Notes: generated from the letters alone by a model not told the origin. 64,000 bases of DNA from a virus (IMGVR_UViG_3300042485_001768); one strand, 5' to 3'. Numbered from the stretch's first letter, positions 37,103-46,781 are shown. Numbers and translations: made by a program.

Positions 37103-38245
37103 ATGCACTACAAATTTCCAACAATTACAAATTTGGATCAGGTTAAAACTGCCATTGAAGGTTATGATGAATTTCGCGTAACTAACAAAGGATTTTATAC
37201 CGTAGTGAATTATGCTGTAGCATTCGATAATACTTTTGATATTGTCGATGAGAATGATGTTAATGGAATGATACGTAGAGAATGTAGGGGATTAATTTTT
37301 GATGTTGATGGTAATTTAATCTCTCGTCCTTATCATAAATTTTTTAATTTGAATGAAAGGAAAGAAACCCATATCGACACAGTTGGATTTGACCTCCACA
37401 CTGTTCTTGAAAAGATGGATGGATCTATGATTAGACCAATTCCTTCTGAATATGGATTTAGACTCGCCACTAAAGCTGGGATTACTGATGTTGCAATAAA
37501 TGCTGAAATTTTTATTTCAGATAAACCAGAGTATGCAAATTTTATTAATCATTGTATTTCTAGAAATCTAACCCCAATTTTTGAATGGTGCTCTCGTAAA
37601 AACAGAATCGTAGTTGATTATCCAGAAGATAAATTAGTTCTTACTGCTTTGAGAAGTATTAAAAATGGTTCTTATTGTTCGTATAATAACCTTCGTCTTT
37701 TATCTGAACATTATGATATTCCTCTGGTTAAAAAATGGCCAGATAATATGGACATACAACAATTAGTTGAATATGTCCGTAATCTTGAAGATGAGGAAGG
37801 TATTGTTCTTCGTTTTGATAATGGACATATGTTAAAAATCAAAGCAGAAGAATATGTTCTTCGTCATAAATCTAAAGAACAAATCAGTCAAGAAAAAAAT
37901 GTCTTGGAAGTAATCATTGAAGATAAAGTTGATGATGTAATACCATTATTGAGTGATTCTGATGCCAACAGATTAAAATACTTCCAAAAGGCATTTTGGA
38001 TTAATGTTGACGAGGTTGCTTTTAATTTAGCAGAAGTTTATCAAAAAGGAAAAAACTATAAAGATAAGAAATCTTTTGCTGTGGAGTTTGTTCAAAAACT
38101 TAGTCCTCACTTGCAACCATTCATGTATGCAATGAATTCTGGAAAAGGTTCTAAGAGTCTTTTGATAGAATCTATTAAAAAGTCTACTACTTCACAAACT
38201 AAGATTGATCAATCACGTTGGATGTGGGGAAACCTAGTTTGGTAA
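37103..38245 (+). CDS. rnlA: RNA ligase 1 (T4 RnlA-like)
   Basis: 380 aa. ECRGLIFDVDGN, RPYHKFFNLNE and adenylation motif I EKMDGSMI match T4 Rnl1 (ECRGIMFE, RPMEKFFNLNE, KEDGSLV). Confidence 0.8.
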   Translation: MHYKFPTITNLDQVKTAIEGYDEFRVTNKGFYTVVNYAVAFDNTFDIVDENDVNGMIRRECRGLIFDVDGNLISRPYHKFFNLNERKETHIDTVGFDLHTVLEKMDGSMIRPIPSEYGFRLATKAGITDVAINAEIFISDKPEYANFINHCISRNLTPIFEWCSRKNRIVVDYPEDKLVLTALRSIKNGSYCSYNNLRLLSEHYDIPLVKKWPDNMDIQQLVEYVRNLEDEEGIVLRFDNGHMLKIKAEEYVLRHKSKEQISQEKNVLEVIIEDKVDDVIPLLSDSDANRLKYFQKAFWINVDEVAFNLAEVYQKGKNYKDKKSFAVEFVQKLSPHLQPFMYAMNSGKGSKSLLIESIKKSTTSQTKIDQSRWMWGNLVW

Positions 38246-38249
38246 ATTT

Positions 38250-38726
38250 ATGGAAAACGTATCAATAGAACCATATAAAACAATATTAGTTCTTAACGCA
38301 AGTTATGAACCAATAAATTTTTGTAATTGGAAAAGAGCCGTTGTGCTTTTACTAAAAGAGAAAGCACAATTATTGTCATCTAGAGTCATACGATTGGTAA
38401 ATTACATAAATTTACCAATTTCTAAAATAATTTCATGCAAACCATCTAGGCATTTAATTTACAAAAGAGATGACCACAGATGTCAGTATTGTGGTTCTAT
38501 AAAACAACTTACAATTGACCACGTAATTCCAAAATCTAAAGGTGGTAAAGATACTTGGGAAAATTTAGTGGTTGCTTGTATGCCATGTAATACAAAAAAA
38601 GGTGATAGAACTCCAGAAGAATGGGGAACTCCTCTATATCAAAAACCAAAAGCATTATATAATAAAATGCTAATATCTTTAAAATCTTCTAATGTTCCTG
38701 AATGGAAGGAGTACGTTTATGCCTGA
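38250..38726 (+). CDS. HNH endonuclease
   Basis: 158 aa. HRCQYCGS....LTIDHVIPKSKGGKDTWENLVVACMPCNTKK is a canonical HNH motif. Inserted between the ligase and kinase genes. Confidence 0.75.
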   Translation: MENVSIEPYKTILVLNASYEPINFCNWKRAVVLLLKEKAQLLSSRVIRLVNYINLPISKIISCKPSRHLIYKRDDHRCQYCGSIKQLTIDHVIPKSKGGKDTWENLVVACMPCNTKKGDRTPEEWGTPLYQKPKALYNKMLISLKSSNVPEWKEYVYA

Positions 38727-39195
38727 ATGTGTAATGTTGTGTGGAATTCCTACTTGTGGGAAGTCCACATATGTTAAAAAATTACAATCTTTAAACTATT
38801 GGAAAGATGCTGTAGTATTATCTACCGACAATTATATTGAGAAGCAGGCACAAAGGATGGGTCTGACTTATAATCAAATTTTTGATGATGTGATTGATGA
38901 TGCAACTCGGGAACTTGAACTTGAGTTCAATATGGCAAAGGACAAGGGAAAAGACATCATTTGGGATCAGACAAACTTATCAATTAAGTCCAGAAAGAAA
39001 AAACTTTCTAAACTTCCTTCCTATTACAGGAGAGAGGCGGTATACTTTGAAATAACATTGGAGGAAGCACTAAAACGAAATGAATGCCGTGAAGGCAAAT
39101 TCATTCCCAAAAGTATTCTTCATAGAATGTACCATCAGTTTGAATTTCCAACCTTAGAAGAGGGATTTGATTATGTTGAAAAAATTAAAGTTTAA
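38719..39195 (+). CDS. P-loop polynucleotide kinase-like protein (Pnk kinase-domain-like)
   Basis: Walker A MLCGIPTCGKST follows the ATG at 38719 (MPECVML...), which overlaps the HNH stop. The ORF track's 38692 start would overlap HNH further. About 158 aa with a kinase-like D..TN layout. Confidence 0.6.
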   Translation: MPECVMLCGIPTCGKSTYVKKLQSLNYWKDAVVLSTDNYIEKQAQRMGLTYNQIFDDVIDDATRELELEFNMAKDKGKDIIWDQTNLSIKSRKKKLSKLPSYYRREAVYFEITLEEALKRNECREGKFIPKSILHRMYHQFEFPTLEEGFDYVEKIKV

Positions 39196-39400
39196 ATCTC
39201 CATACAATCATCATTTTGAATATACTAGCGATATTGAACGTATCGTAAAAATCTTTGCCGATCGTGGATATGAGATTTCACATCAAGATGCTGTTCATGC
39301 TTGGGAAGAATTTTCTGACAGTATGTGTGCAGGTTGGATGTGCTTAGGTGAAGATGATGAAGTCTTTCAAGACGCATTTTATTATTTTGAGGAAGTTTGA
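39167..39400 (+). CDS. hypothetical small protein
   Basis: 77 aa ORF between the kinase and phosphatase genes. Confidence 0.3.
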   Translation: MIMLKKLKFKSPYNHHFEYTSDIERIVKIFADRGYEISHQDAVHAWEEFSDSMCAGWMCLGEDDEVFQDAFYYFEEV

Positions 39401-39864
39401 TGGCAGAAAAAAAGAAAAATTGTTTTATATTTGACTTAGATGGAACGATTTGTAATGTAAGTCATCGTAGACAATATGTTGTAACCAAACCACGTAACTG
39501 GGATGCTTGGAACAAAGGTCTCATTAATGATGTACCTAACGTAGCAGTTCAAAAGGTATTCCAAGCACTTCGCAATGCTAATGATTACGATACTGATTTG
39601 ATTATTGTTTCTGGTCGCTCAGACGATTATAAAGAACAAACGGTCAAGTGGTTGACTGATAATGAAATCTTTTACGATGAAATTTATATGAGAAAGTATA
39701 AAGATCATCGGGATGATGCTGTTGTTAAAGCAGAAATTGCTGACGAAATTGAAAAAACTCACCAAATTCTTGGTGTGTTTGATGACCGTCAGAGGGTTGT
39801 GAATATGTGGATTGAGCGTGGTATCTGGGTGTTCGACGTTGGGCAAGGTAAGGGCAATTTTTGA
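39397..39864 (+). CDS. HAD-family phosphatase (Pnk 3'-phosphatase-domain-like)
   Basis: 155 aa. FIFDLDGTI (DxDGT motif I), IVSGRS (motif II), and GVFDDR.RVVNMW (motif III/IV-like). Confidence 0.65.
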   Translation: MMAEKKKNCFIFDLDGTICNVSHRRQYVVTKPRNWDAWNKGLINDVPNVAVQKVFQALRNANDYDTDLIIVSGRSDDYKEQTVKWLTDNEIFYDEIYMRKYKDHRDDAVVKAEIADEIEKTHQILGVFDDRQRVVNMWIERGIWVFDVGQGKGNF

Positions 39865-39929
39865 ACTGGCACATACAATCCCACATCTGAGTTTTTTTAA
39901 CCTATAATCATCTTGTACGAAAATTAACA

Positions 39930-40217
39930 ATGAGTTTTTCCAAAACTGTTTCCGTTTTCGCTGCACTTGCAAGTATTTTTGCTGCTGGAGCTACTGGTTG
40001 GAAACTTGCAAATTCCCAACAAGAAGTTCCTTTGAATCCATTAGACCAAAAAGTAATGGAGTTGGAAAAAAAGATTGAAGAAGTAACAACTGAAAAACCA
40101 ATTGAGCAAGTGGTACAACCACAAGTAGAATTGCAACCTAAACCAACTATACCTCCAGTACCACCACTACCCCCGCTTCCAGCACCTACAGAGGACACAA
40201 ATGAACAAACTCCGTAA
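39930..40217 (+). CDS. small secreted/membrane-anchored Pro-rich protein
   Basis: 95 aa with a signal-anchor (VSVFAALASIFAAGA) and C-terminal PTIPPVPPLPPLPAPT. Confidence 0.4.
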   Translation: MSFSKTVSVFAALASIFAAGATGWKLANSQQEVPLNPLDQKVMELEKKIEEVTTEKPIEQVVQPQVELQPKPTIPPVPPLPPLPAPTEDTNEQTP

Positions 40218-41244
40218 ACTTGCTTCCATCAAACCTATCACCTATATCAAACCGATTGAAGGTGCTGATGCTATTGAGTGTGCTATTGTTGATGGTGGTT
40301 GGCCTGTAGTTGTCAAAAAAGGTGAGTATAAGGTTGGGGATATTGCCATCTACCTTGAGATTGATAGTTGGGTGCCCCACAAACTTGCTCCATTCCTTAG
40401 TAAGGGTCAAGAACCCCGTGAGTATAATGGTGTAAAGGGTGAGCGTCTTCGTACTGTTAAACTTCGTGGTCAAGTTAGTCAGGGTCTTCTGCTGCCGATT
40501 GAACTTACGTTCTGGCGTGATATTGGCACGGACCTTACAGAATCTCTGGGTATTCAGAAGTGGGAACCGCCCATCCCTGCTCAACTTCAGGGTACGATGA
40601 AGGGTAACTTCCCACACTTCATTCCTAAAACTGATCAAGAGCGTTGCCAAAATCTTCGTAAAGACATCTTTGAGACTCATAAAGAGGAGATTTATGAAGT
40701 CACCGTCAAACTTGATGGTAGTAGCACCACTATCTATGTCAAAGATGGTGAGGTTGGTGTATGTTCGCGGAATATTGACCTCATTGAAACTGAGGGCAAT
40801 AGTTTCTGGAAAGCAGCACGGGAGCAGAATATTATCGAACCTCTTCTTGAATTGTGTAAAGAAAAGGGTGAAGAATATGCTATTCAAGGTGAATTGATTG
40901 GTGAAGGTATTCAGGGTAATCCTGAAAAAATCAAAGGTCAACGATTCTATTTGTTTGATATTTACAGTATTACCTGTGGTGAATATTTTAAAGCAAATGT
41001 TCGATATAGTATTCTCGATAAACTAAAGATGCTTGGTGCTGATATTGAGCACGTTCCTATTGTTGATGTTGATGTTCGTGTTGCTCAAGCATACGACAGT
41101 ATTGATGACCTTCTTGAGTTTGCTGAGGGTCCATCGTTGAATCCTCAGACCAAACGTGAAGGTCTGGTCTTCAAATCGTGGGAAAGTGACTTTACTTTTA
41201 AAGCAATTTCTAACTCTTATCTCCTAAAGCATAAAGACCGATGA
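40201..41244 (+). CDS. second ATP-dependent RNA/polynucleotide ligase (KxDG nucleotidyltransferase with N-terminal OB-like domain; DraRnl/NgrRnl Rnl5-like)
   Basis: 347 aa. Motif I VTVKLDGSSTTIY. The KxDG motif is preceded by a ~150-aa N-terminal domain rather than followed by an OB domain, as in the Rnl5 family. Higher GC than surroundings. Confidence 0.55.
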   Translation: MNKLRKLASIKPITYIKPIEGADAIECAIVDGGWPVVVKKGEYKVGDIAIYLEIDSWVPHKLAPFLSKGQEPREYNGVKGERLRTVKLRGQVSQGLLLPIELTFWRDIGTDLTESLGIQKWEPPIPAQLQGTMKGNFPHFIPKTDQERCQNLRKDIFETHKEEIYEVTVKLDGSSTTIYVKDGEVGVCSRNIDLIETEGNSFWKAAREQNIIEPLLELCKEKGEEYAIQGELIGEGIQGNPEKIKGQRFYLFDIYSITCGEYFKANVRYSILDKLKMLGADIEHVPIVDVDVRVAQAYDSIDDLLEFAEGPSLNPQTKREGLVFKSWESDFTFKAISNSYLLKHKDR

Positions 41245-42041
41245 AAGTAAAAGTTGTATCCGATTTACATTTAGAATGTTGTGAATACGGTCACGGTGTT
41301 CCTGACCTTGGAGAGGGAGAAGTCTTAATTCTTGGTGGTGATATTCTCTGTGCTCGACACTTCAAAAAAGACGGAAACCTTCACAAGGTTTATACCGACT
41401 TCTTGAAGAAGTGTGCCGACAACTTCATGCACGTTCTGTATATCGCAGGAAATCATGAAGCATATGGATACAACTATGAAGGAACTTGGAATGTTCTCAA
41501 AGAAAACCTTCCCAATGGTATTCATCTGATGGAAGATAGTGTAGTGAAGATTGCGGACTGGGTTTTTATTGGTTCGACTTTTTGGACTGATTTCCGCAAT
41601 GGAAATGCCCTGGAAATGATGGAAGCAGCACAGTGTATGAATGATTATAAGACCATTCGCATTACTCCAAAGTATCGCAAGATGAATCCTGATGATACTT
41701 ATGCCTTTCATAACAAATCAAAGCAATTTCTACTGGATCAGTTAGAACTTTTTAAAAATCAAAAAATTTGGGTTCTCACGCACCATGCACCATCTTATCA
41801 ATCAGTTCATGAGCAGTATAAAACAAGTGGTATTGCGAATGGTGCATATGTCAGCGATCTTGATGATTTTATTTTAGAACATCCAGAGATTAGAATTTGG
41901 TCTCATGGACATACACATAACTCATTTGATTACAAAATTGGTGATTGTAGAGTTGTCTGTAATCCCAGAGGGTACTATAATGGATATAATAATTCTGGTT
42001 TGAATTTAGATTTTGATCCAAATTTTGAAATTGAGTTATGA
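41241..42041 (+). CDS. calcineurin-like metallophosphoesterase
   Basis: 266 aa. Motifs VVSDLH, GGDI, AGNHE, THHAP and SHGHTH. Confidence 0.75.
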   Translation: MKVKVVSDLHLECCEYGHGVPDLGEGEVLILGGDILCARHFKKDGNLHKVYTDFLKKCADNFMHVLYIAGNHEAYGYNYEGTWNVLKENLPNGIHLMEDSVVKIADWVFIGSTFWTDFRNGNALEMMEAAQCMNDYKTIRITPKYRKMNPDDTYAFHNKSKQFLLDQLELFKNQKIWVLTHHAPSYQSVHEQYKTSGIANGAYVSDLDDFILEHPEIRIWSHGHTHNSFDYKIGDCRVVCNPRGYYNGYNNSGLNLDFDPNFEIEL

Positions 42042-42235
42042 ATTATAAAACTTTTGATGATTGGTTTGATGAACTGGAAGGTTATTCTTATCGTTCTGAA
42101 AGATTTTGGGATGATTTTGAATACGCAGCAAAAACTAAAGATTATCCCATGATCAAAAAATGGTTGAAGACTGCATGGGAAGTGGGATATGAGACATCCG
42201 AAAATAAATTTTATGGTGGAACAAAAAATGATTGA
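42038..42235 (+). CDS. hypothetical small protein
   Basis: 65 aa ORF. Confidence 0.3.
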   Translation: MNYKTFDDWFDELEGYSYRSERFWDDFEYAAKTKDYPMIKKWLKTAWEVGYETSENKFYGGTKND

Positions 42236-42395
42236 TACTGCTAGATTTCCTTATCCAAATTTCCCATTTAGATTAGAATACGAAGAAAACAAAGTTAAAA
42301 GAGTTTGTCATTTTGAGTGTAAAGAACATCTCAATAAATATTTGGAACGTCATAAACTTAAAAAGAATAAAGTTACAATCGAAACTCGTAAATGA
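42189..42395 (+). CDS. hypothetical small protein
   Basis: 68 aa ORF with a CHFEC motif. Confidence 0.25.
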   Translation: MRHPKINFMVEQKMIDTARFPYPNFPFRLEYEENKVKRVCHFECKEHLNKYLERHKLKKNKVTIETRK

Positions 42396-43225
42396 AAATA
42401 TTTAAAGTCCCTCACATAGAATTACATGTAACGCATACTTGCAATTTTAGTTGTGAAGGATGTTCTCATTATTCTAATCATGGACATTCTGGGTCTTTAA
42501 CTTTAAAAGAATGTGATGAATGGTTGTATTCTTGGAGTAGAAGATTACAACCAGAACTATTCACTATACTTGGTGGTGAGCCAACTCTTAATAAAAATTT
42601 GATTGATATAATTTATCTGGTTCGGATGATGTGGCCAGATACTGCAACTGCTATTGATCTTGTATCAAATGCTAGTTTTTTACATACACATCCAAATTTA
42701 CCGCAGGCATTATTGGATACTGACAGTACTTTAGCAATATCTATTCATAGTAAAGTACATGCTGGATATGTAAATAAATTTAAAAAAGGTTATAGATTGA
42801 CAAAAGAATGGAGAAAGCAATACGGAATTAATTTAGAATTTTGGGATTTTACCACAGATACCTGGACTCCTCAATATAATGGATTTGGGAATAATATGCT
42901 TCCCTATGAAGATAATAATCCAAGAAAGAGTTGGGAGAAGTGTCTATCTAAAAAAGCTCTACAAATACATGAGGGTAAATTGTGGAAATGTCCACCATTG
43001 GCATATTTACCAATGCAAGCAAAAAAATATAATCTTGACAAAAAATGGGATCCTTATTTAAAATATAAACCATTAGATTCGGATTGTTCTGATCAAGAAC
43101 TTGAAGAATTTTTAAATAAAGAAGATGAATGTTTTTGTTCTATGTGCCCTGCAAATATGGATAATCCTTATAAAAAAAATGATCCAACTCTTCCAGTAAG
43201 TTATTGGGAGAAGTTAAATTCATGA
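42392..43225 (+). CDS. radical SAM enzyme
   Basis: 277 aa. HVTHTCNFSCEGCSHY is a CxxxCxxC 4Fe-4S/SAM cluster motif near the N-terminus. GGEPTLN is a glycine-rich SAM motif. Confidence 0.7.
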   Translation: MKIFKVPHIELHVTHTCNFSCEGCSHYSNHGHSGSLTLKECDEWLYSWSRRLQPELFTILGGEPTLNKNLIDIIYLVRMMWPDTATAIDLVSNASFLHTHPNLPQALLDTDSTLAISIHSKVHAGYVNKFKKGYRLTKEWRKQYGINLEFWDFTTDTWTPQYNGFGNNMLPYEDNNPRKSWEKCLSKKALQIHEGKLWKCPPLAYLPMQAKKYNLDKKWDPYLKYKPLDSDCSDQELEEFLNKEDECFCSMCPANMDNPYKKNDPTLPVSYWEKLNS

Positions 43226-44646
43226 TTACCTGGGGAATATCATCAGAGAGTCATAATGCTGCACTTTCTGTATTTGTTAATGATAGTCTAGTCTTCGCAA
43301 GCGAAAGTGAAAGATTCAGTGGTATAAAAAATGATGCTTATTTAAATAATGGCATTATTGACTATGCACTAAAGTTTGGAAAACCAGAATTGGTATGCTG
43401 GTATGAGAATCCATATAAGAAAACGTTTAGACAACTTCTTGCAGGTCAAGGATGGATTCAGAACGTCAAAAAGTATGTTGATGTTCCAATCAAGTATTAT
43501 GACCATCACTATACTCATGCTTGTGCTGGTTACTTTACCAGTCAGTTTGACGAGTGTTGTGTGGTGGTTATTGATGCTATAGGAGAATTCCAAACACTTA
43601 CTATCTGGGAAGCAAGAGGTAATAAATTAAAACTTAAATTTCAACGTAAATATCCACACAGCGTTGGACTTTGGTATTCTGCAATGACACAAAGGTGTGG
43701 ATTAAAACCAAATGAAGAAGAGTATATCCTCATGGGCATGTCTGCTTATGGGGATAAAACACGTTATGAAGATGATATCTATAAAGATTTCATAGGATTT
43801 AGAACAGCAACCTTTAAAAAGAATTTACATAAAGGATGTGTTGATTGGAGACCAGATATTAAAAACACTTTTGATATCGCTGCTGCAACTCAAAACATTT
43901 ATGAAACAATTTTTAGAGATATTATGCAAGTAGCATCCAATAAAGTAAAAAGTAAAAATTTAGTTCTAATGGGTGGATGTGCGTTAAATTGTGTTGCAAA
44001 TCCAATTGCATATTATTATTTTGACAATTTATGGATTATGCCTGCACCTGGAGATAATGGGTCTGCCATTGGTTCTGTGCTTGCACATAAAAAGAAACAT
44101 ATTGATTGGCATGGACCTTATCTTGGATATTATATTAAATCAGTTGCATCAAACGAAGAAATTGTTAACCACTTAATGGATTATGGTCTTTGTGGAGTTG
44201 CAAGAGGTTGTGCAGAGTTTGGTCCTAGGGCACTGGGGAATCGTAGTTTATTTGCAGACCCTAGAGATCCACAAATTAAATCAATGGTCAACAATATTAA
44301 ACAAAGACAACAGTTTAGGCCATTTGCACCAGTAATTATGGAAGAATATGTACACGATTACTTTAGAATGCCTACAAATTCTTCACCATACATGCAATAT
44401 GCTGTAAAATGTAGATATTCTAAAAAGTTTCCAGCAATTGTTCACATAGATAAAACAAGTAGAGTTCAAACTGTTAATAGACAACAAAATACAGAACTTT
44501 ATGATCTTTTAAAGATGTGGAATGAAAAAACAGGTTGTCCTATGTTATTGAATACTAGTTTGAATATTAAAGGGAAACCGATGGTAAATGATGAAAAAGA
44601 TTGTAAAGAATGGGAAGAAACTTATGGGGTTAAAATATTCTCATGA
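43204..44646 (+). CDS. carbamoyltransferase (NodU/CmcH/TobZ family)
   Basis: 480 aa. N-terminal domain IKYYDHHYTHACAGYFTSQFDECCVVVIDAIGE matches the carbamoyltransferase N-domain HH..HA..A...S.F..A.V..DG.GE signature. C-terminal domain present. Confidence 0.7.
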   Translation: MGEVKFMITWGISSESHNAALSVFVNDSLVFASESERFSGIKNDAYLNNGIIDYALKFGKPELVCWYENPYKKTFRQLLAGQGWIQNVKKYVDVPIKYYDHHYTHACAGYFTSQFDECCVVVIDAIGEFQTLTIWEARGNKLKLKFQRKYPHSVGLWYSAMTQRCGLKPNEEEYILMGMSAYGDKTRYEDDIYKDFIGFRTATFKKNLHKGCVDWRPDIKNTFDIAAATQNIYETIFRDIMQVASNKVKSKNLVLMGGCALNCVANPIAYYYFDNLWIMPAPGDNGSAIGSVLAHKKKHIDWHGPYLGYYIKSVASNEEIVNHLMDYGLCGVARGCAEFGPRALGNRSLFADPRDPQIKSMVNNIKQRQQFRPFAPVIMEEYVHDYFRMPTNSSPYMQYAVKCRYSKKFPAIVHIDKTSRVQTVNRQQNTELYDLLKMWNEKTGCPMLLNTSLNIKGKPMVNDEKDCKEWEETYGVKIFS

Positions 44647-45380
44647 ATATTATAGATAATTTAAACAATAAAAACTTTTTTCCTATTGATAAACCAAATA
44701 ACAAATTTTGGTATGACCAAGATACAAAAGAACGATATATTCATAATTTAAAAGTTCAACCAGAAGAATGGCATTATAGAGATAAAATAGTTTATTATTT
44801 GACAAATTCTTTTGGATATAGAACTAAGCCATTTAAAGATATTGATTGGAGAAAATGTATTGTTTTATTTGGGTGTTCTTACATTTACGGTGTTGGTAGT
44901 GCAGAAGATGAAACTGTAACTGGATATTTGGAACAAATAACTGGAATTCCTGTAATTAATATGGGAGCACCTGGATCTTCACCAACCTTTTCTTTACATA
45001 ATTCTGGAATTTTGAGTGCAAAATATCCAAATCCAAAAGCAGTTGTTTATGGTTGGTCTTCTCAATATAGATGTCCTTTTTATACTAAAAATGAAGTTAT
45101 TCATTGTGGTAATTGGTTAAAAGATTCTAAAAAAATGGGAGAATCGTGGAATAGTAATGAAGAACATCCTGCAGTAAATTTAAAATTATCATCTATTATT
45201 TCTAAAGAAATGTGGAATAATAGAACAAAATATTATGAATTTACATTCTTTAAGACAGTTTCGGACGTTTTAAATTGTGATTATATAAAACAAGTTGATT
45301 ATGCAAGAGATTTGGGACATTCTGGAAAAGAAACTAATAAAATTGCTGCTGAAACTATTGCTAAAAATTTGAACTTGTGA
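44643..45380 (+). CDS. SGNH/GDSL-hydrolase-like protein (paralog A)
   Basis: 245 aa. VLFGCSYIYGVGSAED...ITGIPVINMGAPGSS...VVYGWSS is collinear with ORF 45836..46642. Confidence 0.45.
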   Translation: MNIIDNLNNKNFFPIDKPNNKFWYDQDTKERYIHNLKVQPEEWHYRDKIVYYLTNSFGYRTKPFKDIDWRKCIVLFGCSYIYGVGSAEDETVTGYLEQITGIPVINMGAPGSSPTFSLHNSGILSAKYPNPKAVVYGWSSQYRCPFYTKNEVIHCGNWLKDSKKMGESWNSNEEHPAVNLKLSSIISKEMWNNRTKYYEFTFFKTVSDVLNCDYIKQVDYARDLGHSGKETNKIAAETIAKNLNL

Positions 45381-45435
45381 TAAAATTTAATTTTTAAAAC
45401 AAACACTATGGCAACAAGAACTTATACTCAAAAAG

Positions 45436-45726
45436 ATGGGACTATTTGGGAATGGAAAGAAACTTCCGAACTTCTCAGCATTCTTGCCCAAATCCATAGC
45501 CAAAAAAATAATGAGCAACAAAAATCTAATTGACGAATCATTTTATATCAAACAATCCCAATGGGGAACATGGAGGTCATTTGATGTAAACGGGAAAGAA
45601 TTAATCACTGCATTAAATGAAGAGAATTGTATAAGTGCCACAAGATTTTACTTAAAAGGTGTGCAGGAAGGGTGGAGTAATGTTGATTCTGTTAAATATG
45701 AAGGCACTGTGGGTGGCAAATTATAA
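45436..45726 (+). CDS. hypothetical protein
   Basis: 96 aa ORF between the two paralogs. Confidence 0.35.
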   Translation: MGLFGNGKKLPNFSAFLPKSIAKKIMSNKNLIDESFYIKQSQWGTWRSFDVNGKELITALNEENCISATRFYLKGVQEGWSNVDSVKYEGTVGGKL

Positions 45727-45835
45727 TGAGTAATTTAATTCAAAAGATTATTATACATATTAGTGAATATATTGAAAAAATAAAACTAAAAAGATTAGAG
45801 AAAAAAATTAAAAAAGAAGATAACTTCATATATAA

Positions 45836-46642
45836 ATGATAAACCGATTTAACTTAAAATTTAATAATAGAAATATTATTAAATCAATTAGAAATAATCA
45901 ATTTTTACCCCTTGCAAATCATACAGTTTATAATGAAAATGGATATATACCTGCTAATAGGTTAACTCTAAAGGGAACTTGGGATTATTCTGGAACAGAT
46001 AACCAAGAAAAATATTATGAACATTTACAAACACAACCTGAAGATTGGTATTATCGTCATAATAAAGTAAAATATACTTTAAATTCTGAAGGATATAGAA
46101 CTAAGGAATTTGATGAATTAGATTGGAAAAATTCTATCGTTATGTTTGGGTGCTCGTATGTATTTGGAACTGGAGTTGATGATAAACATACTATTTCTTC
46201 TTTTTTAGAGGAGATAACTGGTATTCCCGTTATTAACATGGGTGTAGGTGGGTCATCTATTCAATTGGCACTGCATAATTCCATGATTTTAAATGATCGT
46301 TATGGACCACCTGCAGCTGTTGTATATGGATGGACTTCATTAATGAGGTATCTTGTATATCACCCACTTTATTTTGATAATAAAATACCTACAGACAGCG
46401 TAAAAGTAAAACCTGCTGAGCATCTGGTTCCTTTTAACATGATGAATGTTAAAATAGTTCGTAATCTTTGGAAGGATAAATGTAAATATTATGAATTTAG
46501 TCTTTTTGATACGACAGCAAAAATTTTAAATTGCGACTTTTATCAACCAAAAGACGATTATGCAAGAGACTTAAGGCATTGTGGTATAGAATCAAATAAA
46601 GAATTTGCAGAACTTATAAATGTAAATTTATCACTATTATGA
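45836..46642 (+). CDS. SGNH/GDSL-hydrolase-like protein (paralog B)
   Basis: 268 aa. QPEDWYYRH..YRTKEFDELDWKNSIVMFGCSYVFGTGVDD..ITGIPVINMGVGGSS..VVYGWTS is a paralog of 44643..45380. Confidence 0.45.
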   Translation: MINRFNLKFNNRNIIKSIRNNQFLPLANHTVYNENGYIPANRLTLKGTWDYSGTDNQEKYYEHLQTQPEDWYYRHNKVKYTLNSEGYRTKEFDELDWKNSIVMFGCSYVFGTGVDDKHTISSFLEEITGIPVINMGVGGSSIQLALHNSMILNDRYGPPAAVVYGWTSLMRYLVYHPLYFDNKIPTDSVKVKPAEHLVPFNMMNVKIVRNLWKDKCKYYEFSLFDTTAKILNCDFYQPKDDYARDLRHCGIESNKEFAELINVNLSLL

Positions 46643-46781
46643 ACTATCACATATTAGACCCAACAACTCCCTGGTATGAATTTTTATCTTATCAAGAATG
46701 TTGTCTTAGTTTGGGAGTTCCTTGTAGAATGGGAAGTTTTTTAAGATATCATGCATATTTAAAAGAGATAGGGATAAAATA

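Noticed and set aside
40186-40941. 251-aa minus-strand ORF opposite the second RNA ligase
   Set aside because: Antisense to an ORF carrying a clear KxDG ligase motif. Composition-driven artefact of a GC-richer patch.
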